From the IMG/VR virus record IMGVR_UViG_3300032216_001965, positions 11,159 through 75,158 of that record: a DNA stretch of 64,000 nucleotides; one strand, 5' to 3'. Within the stretch, counting starts at the first letter, position 1, and every line of letters begins with the position of its first letter. The notes below the pieces were generated by a model. It was not told the DNA's origin and did not search any database. It worked only from the letters and a program-made list of their open reading frames with translations. The position numbers and the translations under genes are program-made. The stretch is from a virus (taxonomy: Duplodnaviria > Caudoviricetes). This document shows positions 50,781 to 59,652 of this stretch, one piece after another.

Positions 50781-51380
50781 ATGCATAGAATACACATTGT
50801 TGATAATTTTATTACTGATATCGATGCTCAAACACTTATAAATGAGCAGTTGCAACCAAGTGAAATTAATGACTATCCAGAATACTATAGTAAAAGGTTC
50901 GGCGGAACTTCATTGCCATATAATAAAACTGTTATGGATATAATGATTAAGTATGGAACTAAAGCAAATGAAATGCATCGTAACCTTAATGGTTTTAAGA
51001 ATCCAATATATGTTTTTAAAGGATTTGGCTCACATTGGACAGAAGGAACTAAAGGAGCACTACATGTTGATGCTCAGGGGCCAGAGCCTTTTATTGAGTT
51101 TAGTACAATAATATATTTAAATGAGGAGCCAGAATATAGTGGGGGAAAAATTTATTTTCCAAATCAAGATTTTTCATATCAACCAAAAAAATATTCAGCA
51201 GTATTTTTTCCAGGGGCTGGGTCAGAGTATATTCATGGAATAACAACAGTAACATCTGGACATAGATATACAGCATTATATATGCATACATCTTTGCCAG
51301 AACATGCAGATCCTGATTTTTTAGGAGAAAATAAAAAACCACAATGGGAAGCATTGAGGTACCCACTTGCAAAACATTGA
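50781..51380 (+). CDS. Prolyl-4-hydroxylase-like 2OG-Fe(II) oxygenase
   Basis: HVD...STIIYLN...GGKIYFP...AVFFP...HGITTVTSGHRY. Confidence 0.85.
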   Translation: MHRIHIVDNFITDIDAQTLINEQLQPSEINDYPEYYSKRFGGTSLPYNKTVMDIMIKYGTKANEMHRNLNGFKNPIYVFKGFGSHWTEGTKGALHVDAQGPEPFIEFSTIIYLNEEPEYSGGKIYFPNQDFSYQPKKYSAVFFPGAGSEYIHGITTVTSGHRYTALYMHTSLPEHADPDFLGENKKPQWEALRYPLAKH

Positions 51381-52038
51381 GCATGAAATTTTAGATCTTG
51401 GATTAGTTTACTATAAGAACATAATTAAAAATCCAGCAGAATTAATTAAGGATATTGAAGATTTGGATAATGACTACACATTAAATCCAGACATTGCTTT
51501 GCTTACAGGGGTAAAGCCTTGGACTGCATGGAGAAACGAAAGCAATGGAACTAATGAAATTTTTTGCTGGCAAAAATTTATTCCACAAGTAAAAGATATA
51601 TCAGAAAATGATTACTTTAGAGATAAACAAATAAATATTTCTTCTCAATTGTTTGGTGCGCTTGATGAAACACTTGAACACTATTCTAATCATATTTATC
51701 CATTTGCAGCAAAAAATATTAAATCAAGAGAAAGAACTATGCATCTACTTCGTTATGATCAAAGTGGCTATCTTCCAGCACATCAAGATCAGGGGGTAAG
51801 TACAAGAGTCCTTTCTGTTTTACTATACCTAAATGATGACTATGAAGGTGGAGAAATAACATTTAGACACTCTGGACTAACACTTAAGCCAAAACCAGGA
51901 AGTGTTTTATTTTTTCCATCTAATTTCTTGTATGTTCATGAGGTTGCTCCAATAACAAAAGGTCCAAGGTATGCTTTGCCAAACTGGTATCATAATATCG
52001 AACAAAATGGAATGATGCACTCTAATGGAAGTGAATAA
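51367..52038 (+). CDS. Prolyl-4-hydroxylase-like 2OG-Fe(II) oxygenase
   Basis: HQD...SVLLYLNDDYEGGEITF...LFFPS...HEVAPITKGPRY. Confidence 0.88.
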   Translation: MQNIEHEILDLGLVYYKNIIKNPAELIKDIEDLDNDYTLNPDIALLTGVKPWTAWRNESNGTNEIFCWQKFIPQVKDISENDYFRDKQINISSQLFGALDETLEHYSNHIYPFAAKNIKSRERTMHLLRYDQSGYLPAHQDQGVSTRVLSVLLYLNDDYEGGEITFRHSGLTLKPKPGSVLFFPSNFLYVHEVAPITKGPRYALPNWYHNIEQNGMMHSNGSE

Positions 52039-52123
52039 TGAAATACTTTATATTTAAAATAAAATTTTATTTATTTTTAAAAAATAAAAAAAGAAATGCA
52101 AAAAAGGGAAGGTTTATTTACTG

Positions 52124-53548
52124 ATGATAATCCTTGGAGTTAATGAGACATCCCATGATGCTTCGGTGTCATTAATTGAAGATGGTGAGATACTTTTTGC
52201 AGGGCATGCAGAAAGATATAGCAAACAAAAAAATGACTGGTATGTAAATGATAATTTAATAAAAGATGCTTTGCAGTACGGTAGACCAGATCATATCGCT
52301 TACTACGAAAAACCCCTTCTAAAGGCTTCTAGACTTGTTTTAAGGGGTGGTTTGGGAGATTGGAAACCTAGGTTTGAATTAAAAAATATTCCAAGAAAAT
52401 CTTTTAACCATCATTATTCTCATGCTGCAGCAGGATACTATACAAGTGATTTTAATGATGCATGTATTGTAGTTTTAGATGCAATTGGTGAATATAATAC
52501 TTCCACAATTTGGGTGGGCGAAGGCGATAAGATTAAACTAAAATATAAACAAAATTACCCTGTCAGTTTTGGATTATTTTATTCAGCCTTTACTCAACTG
52601 ATAGGACTTATTCCAAATCAAGAAGAATACATTATGATGGGTATGGCTGCATATGGTGATTGGAAAAAATACTATAGAAAAGTTGATGACTATTTTCCTT
52701 CCTATACAAAACAAAAATATAACTTTCATAAAGGAATTACTGATTGGGGATGGATTGAATCTGAGCAAGATAAATTTGATATAGCAGCAGCAGTTCAAGT
52801 TGTGTACCAACAAAGACTTAATGATTTTATGCACATGGCATATTCAATAACTGGTAAAAAGAATTTGGTATTTATGGGTGGTTGTGCACTTAACTCTTCA
52901 GCCAATACATTGCTATGGAATATATTTGATATGATTTGGATCATGCCTAACCCAGGAGATGCTGGAAGTTCTTTGGGTGCTGCTGCAGCACTATATGGAA
53001 AGCATCTTGATTGGAAGAGTCCATACCTTGGATATGATCTTGGTGGTGAATATCCTGTTCAACAAATTGTGGACGGAATATTAAAAGATGGCATTGTTGC
53101 TGTAGCAACAGGAAGAGCAGAATATGGACCAAGGGCACTGGGAAATAGATCAATACTTGCCGATCCAAGAGATCCAAACATTAAAGATAAAGTAAATAAA
53201 ATTAAACAGCGTGAGTTATTTAGACCGTTTGCACCAGTGGTTATGGAAGAGTGTGCATCTAAATGGTTTGATATGGATTTTACTTCTCCATATATGCAGT
53301 ATACGGTCAAGTGTTTACAGCCAAACAAGATACCTTCTGTTGTACATGCTGACGGAACATCAAGAGTACAGACTGTAAATAGAAATCAGCATCGGGGTTT
53401 ATGGAGAGCCATTAACAAGTTTTACCTACAAACTGGTGTTCCCGTACTACTTAATACAAGTTTAAATATTAAGGGCCAACCACTTATTAATGATGAAAAG
53501 GATATTGATAATTGGAAATCTTTATATAAGTTTGAAATTTTAAGATAA
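52124..53548 (+). CDS. Carbamoyltransferase (NodU/CmcH family)
   Basis: SHDASV, HHYSHAAAGY, VLDAIGE, GGCALN, PGDAGSSLGA, EYGPRALGNRSIL, RPFAP, LLNTSLN. Confidence 0.93.
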   Translation: MIILGVNETSHDASVSLIEDGEILFAGHAERYSKQKNDWYVNDNLIKDALQYGRPDHIAYYEKPLLKASRLVLRGGLGDWKPRFELKNIPRKSFNHHYSHAAAGYYTSDFNDACIVVLDAIGEYNTSTIWVGEGDKIKLKYKQNYPVSFGLFYSAFTQLIGLIPNQEEYIMMGMAAYGDWKKYYRKVDDYFPSYTKQKYNFHKGITDWGWIESEQDKFDIAAAVQVVYQQRLNDFMHMAYSITGKKNLVFMGGCALNSSANTLLWNIFDMIWIMPNPGDAGSSLGAAAALYGKHLDWKSPYLGYDLGGEYPVQQIVDGILKDGIVAVATGRAEYGPRALGNRSILADPRDPNIKDKVNKIKQRELFRPFAPVVMEECASKWFDMDFTSPYMQYTVKCLQPNKIPSVVHADGTSRVQTVNRNQHRGLWRAINKFYLQTGVPVLLNTSLNIKGQPLINDEKDIDNWKSLYKFEILR

Positions 53549-54537
53549 TGGGCAAAGATCGATATAATGAAAAATTAAAAAATTTATTAAAAATTACTAC
53601 AAATAATTCTGAAAGTATGTACAGAAAAAATATAAATATTGATGATGTAGACACAGAGTCTATATTAACTTTTGATAACTTTGGTTTTAATGACAGATCT
53701 TCATCAAATGCAGAGTTTGATGATAATGATTTTTTAATTAATTATTCATTTGGTGATCAAGAAAAGATAGATGAAATTGTGTATAGAATTAATAAAGATG
53801 GTTTTAGAACACATCACTTTAAATTAAATACAGAAAATAAAAAAATTATTTTAACGAGTGGATGTTCTTTTGCATTTGGGCAATATCTTCCAGAAGAATA
53901 TTCTTGGCCAAAAATATTAGAAAGTGAATTAAATAAAAATAAAAATGAGTATTTAGTTTATAACTTATCCTATCCAGGATCAAACTATTTTTTAACAATT
54001 AAAAATATATTTAGTTTTATTAAAAAATATGGAAATCCTGAAGCAATTTTTATTTCTTTTCCAAATTTAAATAGAGATATATACTACTCTACAATTAAGA
54101 AAGAATTTATTGCACAGGTTGTTAATGTTAGTCATGTGTTCAAAGGAAATGATGACATGCAAGATTTTGTAATTAATTACGATGAAGGAGCAAATTTTAT
54201 AAAAACAGTTGCATATGTTAATGCTTTAGAACTTTTTTGTAATACAAATAAAATAAAGTTGTTTTGGACTACTTGGTGCAGCGAAGAAGTAGAACTTCTA
54301 AACAAAATAAAGTTTGATAATTATTTTATATCAGAACAAGCATTGTGGCAGGGTGTAAAATATATTTCAAAAAACACAAAAAGTAATGAATACAAAAAAA
54401 CAATTCCAGATAAATTTTTAAGGTTTTGGGAACTGGCAGCAGATAAATCTCATCCAGGAATTAATTGGAATTACCAACAATCAGATTTTTTCTTGAATTT
54501 ATATAGAAACTATAAGTCTGATATAATAAGAATATAA
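53548..54537 (+). CDS. SGNH/GDSL-like hypothetical protein
   Basis: INKDGFR, TSGCSFAFG, VYNLSYPGS, DKSHPG. Confidence 0.45.
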   Translation: MGKDRYNEKLKNLLKITTNNSESMYRKNINIDDVDTESILTFDNFGFNDRSSSNAEFDDNDFLINYSFGDQEKIDEIVYRINKDGFRTHHFKLNTENKKIILTSGCSFAFGQYLPEEYSWPKILESELNKNKNEYLVYNLSYPGSNYFLTIKNIFSFIKKYGNPEAIFISFPNLNRDIYYSTIKKEFIAQVVNVSHVFKGNDDMQDFVINYDEGANFIKTVAYVNALELFCNTNKIKLFWTTWCSEEVELLNKIKFDNYFISEQALWQGVKYISKNTKSNEYKKTIPDKFLRFWELAADKSHPGINWNYQQSDFFLNLYRNYKSDIIRI

Positions 54538-54557
54538 TACACCTATAGGAGGGTAAA

Positions 54558-55064
54558 ATGGCAGATACAAGAAATCCAAGTGCAATAAAAGTATTGGCAG
54601 CAGCAAAGAAAATTGTTGATTCAGGATACAAAGAAGGCGAAAATAACGATACTATTATGGGTAAGTGGTTTGGATTAAACCATCAACCATGGTGTGCAAT
54701 GTTTGTTTCTTATTGTTTTGATCAAGCAGGATTAGTAAAGTTGGTTGCAGCGCAAGGTCCAAAAGGATTTGCGTCTTGTAATGCTGGAGCAAAATGGTTT
54801 GCAAAAAATGGACAAATTGTTCCAATTGGACAGGCAGAGCCAGGTGATATTGTATTTTTTAATTTTGATTCAGATCCAACAACAACTGAACATGTTGGAA
54901 TTATTTACGTAAATGATCCTGCAAAAGGACAGATGGTAACTTTTGAAGGCAATACAAGCGGTGATGTTAAAGGATCACAAGCAAATGGAGATGGCGCATT
55001 TAAAAAGACACGCAAATATGCAAATGTTATGGCAGTTGCTCGTCCAAATTGGCCAACAAAGTAA
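54558..55064 (+). CDS. CHAP-domain peptidoglycan hydrolase (endolysin candidate)
   Basis: QPWCAMFVS, PGDIVFF, HVGII, EGNT. Confidence 0.85.
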   Translation: MADTRNPSAIKVLAAAKKIVDSGYKEGENNDTIMGKWFGLNHQPWCAMFVSYCFDQAGLVKLVAAQGPKGFASCNAGAKWFAKNGQIVPIGQAEPGDIVFFNFDSDPTTTEHVGIIYVNDPAKGQMVTFEGNTSGDVKGSQANGDGAFKKTRKYANVMAVARPNWPTK

Positions 55065-55597
55065 TGAAAAAAAGTATTATATTTGCATTCTTTATATCTT
55101 TAATTGCAACATGTGCTTCAGCAGCAACAAAACCAACAACCACACCTGATTGGGTTGTTCAAAATAAAAAAGTAACGCCAGGGGCACTTAATCCAAGTGT
55201 TACTCAAGCAAATATTTCTACAACAGTTTGTAAAGTTGGTTGGACTAAAACAATTCGTCCAACAGTAACATTTACTAATAAACTTAAAGATGAACAATTA
55301 AAAACTACATACAAGTCATACGTTTCTATTTGGGGTTCAAGTGCTTCAGCATATGAAGAAGATCATTTGATTTCACTACAACTTGGTGGTGCACCATCAG
55401 ATCCAAAAAATTTATGGCCAGAACCATATGCTGGCATTGGAGCAAGAAAAAAAGATGTGACAGAAACAGCCCTTAAGCGTTTAGTTTGTGCAGGTAAATT
55501 AAATTTAGCAGATGCTCAAAGGGCTATTCTTGATTGGCCAAGTGCATATAAAAAATATGTTATTGCATCAGATAAACCAGATATGAGTGATCAATAA
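55064..55597 (+). CDS. Secreted HNH-like protein
   Basis: Signal peptide MKKSIIFAFFISLIATCASA; YEEDHLISLQLGG...NLWPEP; paired Cys. Confidence 0.6.
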   Translation: MKKSIIFAFFISLIATCASAATKPTTTPDWVVQNKKVTPGALNPSVTQANISTTVCKVGWTKTIRPTVTFTNKLKDEQLKTTYKSYVSIWGSSASAYEEDHLISLQLGGAPSDPKNLWPEPYAGIGARKKDVTETALKRLVCAGKLNLADAQRAILDWPSAYKKYVIASDKPDMSDQ

Positions 55598-55797
55598 TGG
55601 AATCAATTAAAAAATCAACAGTTAAAACATTAAGTTGGGAAGTATTTCATTTTTCAGTTCTTGCTACAATTATTTATGTAATTAGTGGTAAATGGGAATA
55701 TGCAAGTCTTGGTGCAATTATTTATACTGGTATTGAAGCATTTGGATATTATGTTCATGAAAGATTGTGGGCAAAGTTTGGGAAAGGAGTAAAATAA
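55597..55797 (+). CDS. DUF2061-like membrane protein
   Basis: KSTVKTLSW...YYVHERLW. Confidence 0.7.
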   Translation: MESIKKSTVKTLSWEVFHFSVLATIIYVISGKWEYASLGAIIYTGIEAFGYYVHERLWAKFGKGVK

Positions 55798-55901
55798 TGC
55801 GTATTAAAATTATTAAGTTTGTAGTTAAAGTACTTGGGTATGAATGGGGCGGAGACAACCTAAAGTTACCTTATTGGACAGTAAAAGCAAAGAAGAAGTA
55901 A
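55797..55901 (+). CDS. Small hypothetical protein (34 aa; not in ORF track)
   Basis: TAATG coupling upstream; stop just before next ATG. Confidence 0.4.
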   Translation: MRIKIIKFVVKVLGYEWGGDNLKLPYWTVKAKKK

Positions 55902-55903
55902 AA

Positions 55904-56089
55904 ATGGCACGGTATGAATATGATTGTATGCCATGTGCACAAAGATATATAAAGGAACGATCTATTAATGATAGTGATCCTGGATACCAATGTGAAATTT
56001 GCAATACAGCATTAGTTCGTGTATACTCTAATGTAGGAGCAGTTTTCAACGGTAGTGGATTTTATTCCACTGATAATAGAAAGAAGTAG
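55904..56089 (+). CDS. FmdB-family zinc-ribbon protein
   Basis: YEYDCMPC...CEIC...FNGSGFYSTD. Confidence 0.85.
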   Translation: MARYEYDCMPCAQRYIKERSINDSDPGYQCEICNTALVRVYSNVGAVFNGSGFYSTDNRKK

Positions 56090-56095
56090 TATACT

Positions 56096-56323
56096 ATGAG
56101 TACGATGTTAAAAGCAAAAGAGGAAGTCAAAGAATGGACTCTAAAGGCAACAGATAGGTGCGATTCTTGTGCTGCTGAAGCATTGGTGCAGGTTACTGGT
56201 TTAAATGGAGACCTTTTATTTTGTGGACATCATTATAATAAAATTATGGATAATCCAGTTGGGTATGATAAAATGATGAAGTTTGTAATTAAAATAATTG
56301 ATGAACGATCTAAAATAAAATGA
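56096..56323 (+). CDS. Small zinc-binding protein of actinobacterial type
   Basis: DRCDSC...LLFCGHH. Confidence 0.6.
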   Translation: MSTMLKAKEEVKEWTLKATDRCDSCAAEALVQVTGLNGDLLFCGHHYNKIMDNPVGYDKMMKFVIKIIDERSKIK

Positions 56324-56889
56324 GTAAAAATTTAGAAGATTTTAGGTTTAATTTAATTAAAAATTTTAATGTTGAAGAAATTCAAACACATATAGAAAAA
56401 TTTGATAAAGAATGGCTTTTAAATACACATCGTCAAAATCAGTCTGATCAAACACATAGATATACTGAGGCATATTACATAAATTTGATGGTTGGAAATT
56501 GGAAAATTAACAATACATTTTTAACACAAAATGTTTCATCAGATGATAAACTATCTAAACTTACTTTTAAGATAATAGATTATTTAGAAAAATATCATGA
56601 TGGTAAGGTTGGTGCTGCATTTTATGTAAAACTTTTAAAGAATAGTAATGTTTTAGAGCATATTGACGATGGTGATTATTTAGAAAATGTAAGAAGGCAT
56701 CATATAGCAATCAAAACAAATGAAAATGTTTTATTTTTTGTTGATGGGAAATCTAAAAATATGAAAGTCGGTGAATGCTGGGAAATTAATAATAATAAAT
56801 CACACAAAGTTTCTAATGATGGTGAAGACAGAATTCATTTAATAATTGATATAATGCCTAATAATAAAATAAAAAAGAAAATACTATAA
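56320..56889 (+). CDS. Aspartyl/asparaginyl beta-hydroxylase-like 2OG-Fe(II) oxygenase
   Basis: HIDDG, RRHHIAI, GECWEINNNKSH.VSN..EDRIHLIID. Confidence 0.85.
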   Translation: MSKNLEDFRFNLIKNFNVEEIQTHIEKFDKEWLLNTHRQNQSDQTHRYTEAYYINLMVGNWKINNTFLTQNVSSDDKLSKLTFKIIDYLEKYHDGKVGAAFYVKLLKNSNVLEHIDDGDYLENVRRHHIAIKTNENVLFFVDGKSKNMKVGECWEINNNKSHKVSNDGEDRIHLIIDIMPNNKIKKKIL

Positions 56890-57110
56890 TGAATAATGCA
56901 AAAACAGAGGCTATGGTACAACATCTTTTAATGCAAGGAGCAATAAGTATGCATAGCATTGATGAAGTTGGAGAAATAGTTTATTCAATTACTGATAAAT
57001 TAAAATATGTAAGTCCAGAACTTTATGAAGATTTAAAGGATCAATATGAACACCACATGTTTAAATTGATTGACCTTGGTCCAAAAACAATGAAATGGAA
57101 AATAAGATAA
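56889..57110 (+). CDS. Hypothetical protein
   Basis: Coupled ORF. Confidence 0.45.
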   Translation: MNNAKTEAMVQHLLMQGAISMHSIDEVGEIVYSITDKLKYVSPELYEDLKDQYEHHMFKLIDLGPKTMKWKIR

Positions 57111-57355
57111 TGAAACACATGCTTTATTTTACAGCAGACTGGTGTAATCCATGTGCAAGGACTAAGCCATTTGCAGAAGAATTAATTCAAGAAGGATATA
57201 ACATTAAATTTATTGATGCAGATCAAGAATTTCAACTTGTTAAAGATCTAGCAATTATGAGCGTACCAACTTTTATTTTATTTGAAAATAATAAAGAGAT
57301 TAAAAGGATGAATGGTGCAAAAACCAAAGAACAACTTTTAGATTTTTGGAATTAA
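57110..57355 (+). CDS. Thioredoxin-like protein
   Basis: FTADWCNPC, SVPTFI. Confidence 0.88.
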   Translation: MKHMLYFTADWCNPCARTKPFAEELIQEGYNIKFIDADQEFQLVKDLAIMSVPTFILFENNKEIKRMNGAKTKEQLLDFWN

Positions 57356-57384
57356 AATTGTTTGAAAGGTAGTATAATAATATT

Positions 57385-57810
57385 GTGTCAAATACAGAAT
57401 ACTTAGTAGGATCTTTTTCTACTTTCATAATACTTTTAATGATCTCTTATTTTTTTAAACCTCATCAATTTAAAAAAAATGATTATATAAAATATAGTCA
57501 AAGTCATATATACGAAAATATAAAACCCCTCCTTCCTGATTTTAAACAATTAAAAATTAATAAAAATACACAATCTTATAATCATGAAAAAAATACCAAT
57601 GTTAAAGTCATTATTTTAGATGATGTTGCATATTGGATCAAAGATAATCTTTTTTATATGACTGACACCTTTGAAGGAAAAATTAATAAAGATGATGCCA
57701 AACTAGTTGACACAATGGGTATGGACAGTGTAGAATTAGATAAGATGTTGTTTATAATGGATAAACTTAGAGAGGGGTTAGAAAATGATAGTGGGGGTAC
57801 AAGGGACTAA
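57385..57810 (+). CDS. Membrane-anchored hypothetical protein
   Basis: N-terminal TM; TATAAT 6 nt upstream of GTG. Confidence 0.5.
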   Translation: MSNTEYLVGSFSTFIILLMISYFFKPHQFKKNDYIKYSQSHIYENIKPLLPDFKQLKINKNTQSYNHEKNTNVKVIILDDVAYWIKDNLFYMTDTFEGKINKDDAKLVDTMGMDSVELDKMLFIMDKLREGLENDSGGTRD

Positions 57811-58135
57811 TAGTTTTGAAGACTATAAAGTTTTTCTTAGAGGAATTGCTGTTGCTCTTTCTAATCTTACAGATCAAGATAAAGAATTTTATATTTATTC
57901 TGCTGGACCAGCAAATATTAATGCAATGGTGAGTGAATTTGTTAATCTTTCTGAAAAGGGAATGAAGTCTCGTGGCAAAAAAATTAAAATGTATAGGGTT
58001 GCTCCAGATTGGATAAAAGAAAATATAAATAGTTTTAACTATTTTATTTCTTTATCAAAACCAAATGAACAAAAACCAAAACTTTTGGCAGAAGCACAAT
58101 TAAATAATATTGAGGTTGGAATTTTTAACTACTAA
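57785..58135 (+). CDS. Hypothetical protein, possibly SLOG/YspA-like
   Basis: IVGVQGTNSFEDY resembles the SLOG GxR.F.DY motif. Confidence 0.4.
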   Translation: MIVGVQGTNSFEDYKVFLRGIAVALSNLTDQDKEFYIYSAGPANINAMVSEFVNLSEKGMKSRGKKIKMYRVAPDWIKENINSFNYFISLSKPNEQKPKLLAEAQLNNIEVGIFNY

Positions 58136-58144
58136 GGAGAAATA

Positions 58145-58354
58145 ATGAAAATTACAAATTTACAAAAAATGGAAAGCATTGTTGATAAAAATAAAAATTT
58201 ATTTTGGGATGGATGGACAGTTGTAAGTTTTTTTCCATCTGAAAGTGCAAGAACATCAAATAAAGGATCGTTAATTAATGGCAAATGGTCAATTCTTAGC
58301 AAGTACACGCCAAATCGTGATGGATGGAACATACCCGATAAGTTTTTGAGGTAG
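58145..58354 (+). CDS. Hypothetical protein
   Basis: SD AAGGAG; LFWDGWTVV. Confidence 0.55.
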   Translation: MKITNLQKMESIVDKNKNLFWDGWTVVSFFPSESARTSNKGSLINGKWSILSKYTPNRDGWNIPDKFLR

Positions 58355-58356
58355 TC

Positions 58357-58641
58357 ATGTCAAAACACAAATGGAAAGATGAAGGTTCTTGTTTTGAATA
58401 TGATACAAATATATTTTTTGAAAAATATGAAGATGAGGTTGACTTAAGGTTAGCAATAGACAAGTTATGTTCTAGTTGCCCTGTTGCAAAAACCTGCTTT
58501 GCACATGGAATATCTGGAAAAGAGTGGGGTGTTTGGGGCGGTATATATTTAGAAAATGGAATTATTTCAAAAGAGTTTAACTCTCATAAAGAAAAACAAG
58601 ACTGGGCAAGAACTTGGCAATACTTAACGATGGATCAATAA
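58357..58641 (+). CDS. whiB: WhiB-family Fe-S transcription factor
   Basis: C...IFF...CSSCPV..C...GVWGG. Confidence 0.9.
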   Translation: MSKHKWKDEGSCFEYDTNIFFEKYEDEVDLRLAIDKLCSSCPVAKTCFAHGISGKEWGVWGGIYLENGIISKEFNSHKEKQDWARTWQYLTMDQ

Positions 58642-58642
58642 G

Positions 58643-58852
58643 ATGTGGTCATGGTTATTGGCAGTAATTGGAGTTTGTGGAATATTTTTGGTTGGTCAAA
58701 AAACTATTTGGGGATGGCTAATTCTTTGTGCAAATGAGTGCTTATGGATTATTTATGCAATAACAACAAAACAGTATGGATTTATAGCAATGGCACTGGC
58801 TTATGCTACAATATACATAAGATCATACATAAATTGGAGTAAAGAAAAATGA
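58643..58852 (+). CDS. Half-size PnuC-like membrane protein
   Basis: 69 aa, three hydrophobic helices, GQK.IWGW, W..YA...QYG, YI..Y..W. Confidence 0.6.
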   Translation: MWSWLLAVIGVCGIFLVGQKTIWGWLILCANECLWIIYAITTKQYGFIAMALAYATIYIRSYINWSKEK

Positions 58853-59610
58853 TTATTCAGATTATTGGGCTACCAGGCTCAGGCAAGACAGAACTTGCAA
58901 AAGCCCTTAAAGAAAGAATTAATGCAATTCATTTAAACGCAGATGAAGTTCGTGCAACAGTAAACTCAGACCTTGGATTTGCTCCAGAGGATCGCCTAGA
59001 ACAAGCACGACGCATGGGAGAAATGGCAAGACTAATTGCCAAGCAAGGCATCGCTCCAGTTATAGTTGATTTTGTATGTCCAACTGAACTAACTCGTGTA
59101 GCATTTGGTAAGCCAGATATTCTTATTTTTATGGATACTATTGAAGAAGGTAGATTTGAAGATACTAATAAAATGTTTGAGCGTCCTGAAATTTTTGATG
59201 CAACATTTGAAGACCACCGACTAGACGCCGAACAAAAGGCAACAGTAATCATTAAGTATTTTAATCTACATGATTGGTCTGCCCCAACAACATTAATGCT
59301 TGGAAGGTACCAGCCTTGGCATGAAGGACATCACGCACTTTATAAAGAGGCGGGAAAGAGAACAGATCAAGTTCTTCTTGGAGTACGTAATACATACAAT
59401 ACAAGCGAGAAAGATCCACTTAAGTTTGATCAGGTAAAAGAATATATTGCCAAGGATGAATTTATGGATGGAGCATTAGTATTAAGACTACCCAACATTA
59501 CTAACATTGTGTATGGTCGTGATGTAGGATATAAGATTGAACAAGTAGATTTGGGGGCAGACATTCATGCTATTAGCGCTACGCAAAAACGTAAAGAGAT
59601 GGGTATATAA
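58849..59610 (+). CDS. cysC: APS kinase (CysC)-like P-loop kinase fused to HIGH-type nucleotidyltransferase
   Basis: GLPGSGKT, LNADEVR, DLGF..EDR.EQARR; C-terminal LGRYQPWHEGH. Confidence 0.75.
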   Translation: MIIQIIGLPGSGKTELAKALKERINAIHLNADEVRATVNSDLGFAPEDRLEQARRMGEMARLIAKQGIAPVIVDFVCPTELTRVAFGKPDILIFMDTIEEGRFEDTNKMFERPEIFDATFEDHRLDAEQKATVIIKYFNLHDWSAPTTLMLGRYQPWHEGHHALYKEAGKRTDQVLLGVRNTYNTSEKDPLKFDQVKEYIAKDEFMDGALVLRLPNITNIVYGRDVGYKIEQVDLGADIHAISATQKRKEMGI

Positions 59611-59652
59611 AGTAAAAGAAGTTTTGTCATGGCTGGCTTTAGGAGCAGGGCA

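Noticed and set aside
52039-52123. Very AT-rich intergenic stretch as an origin of replication
   Set aside because: No iterons or DnaA boxes visible; only low-complexity A/T tracts
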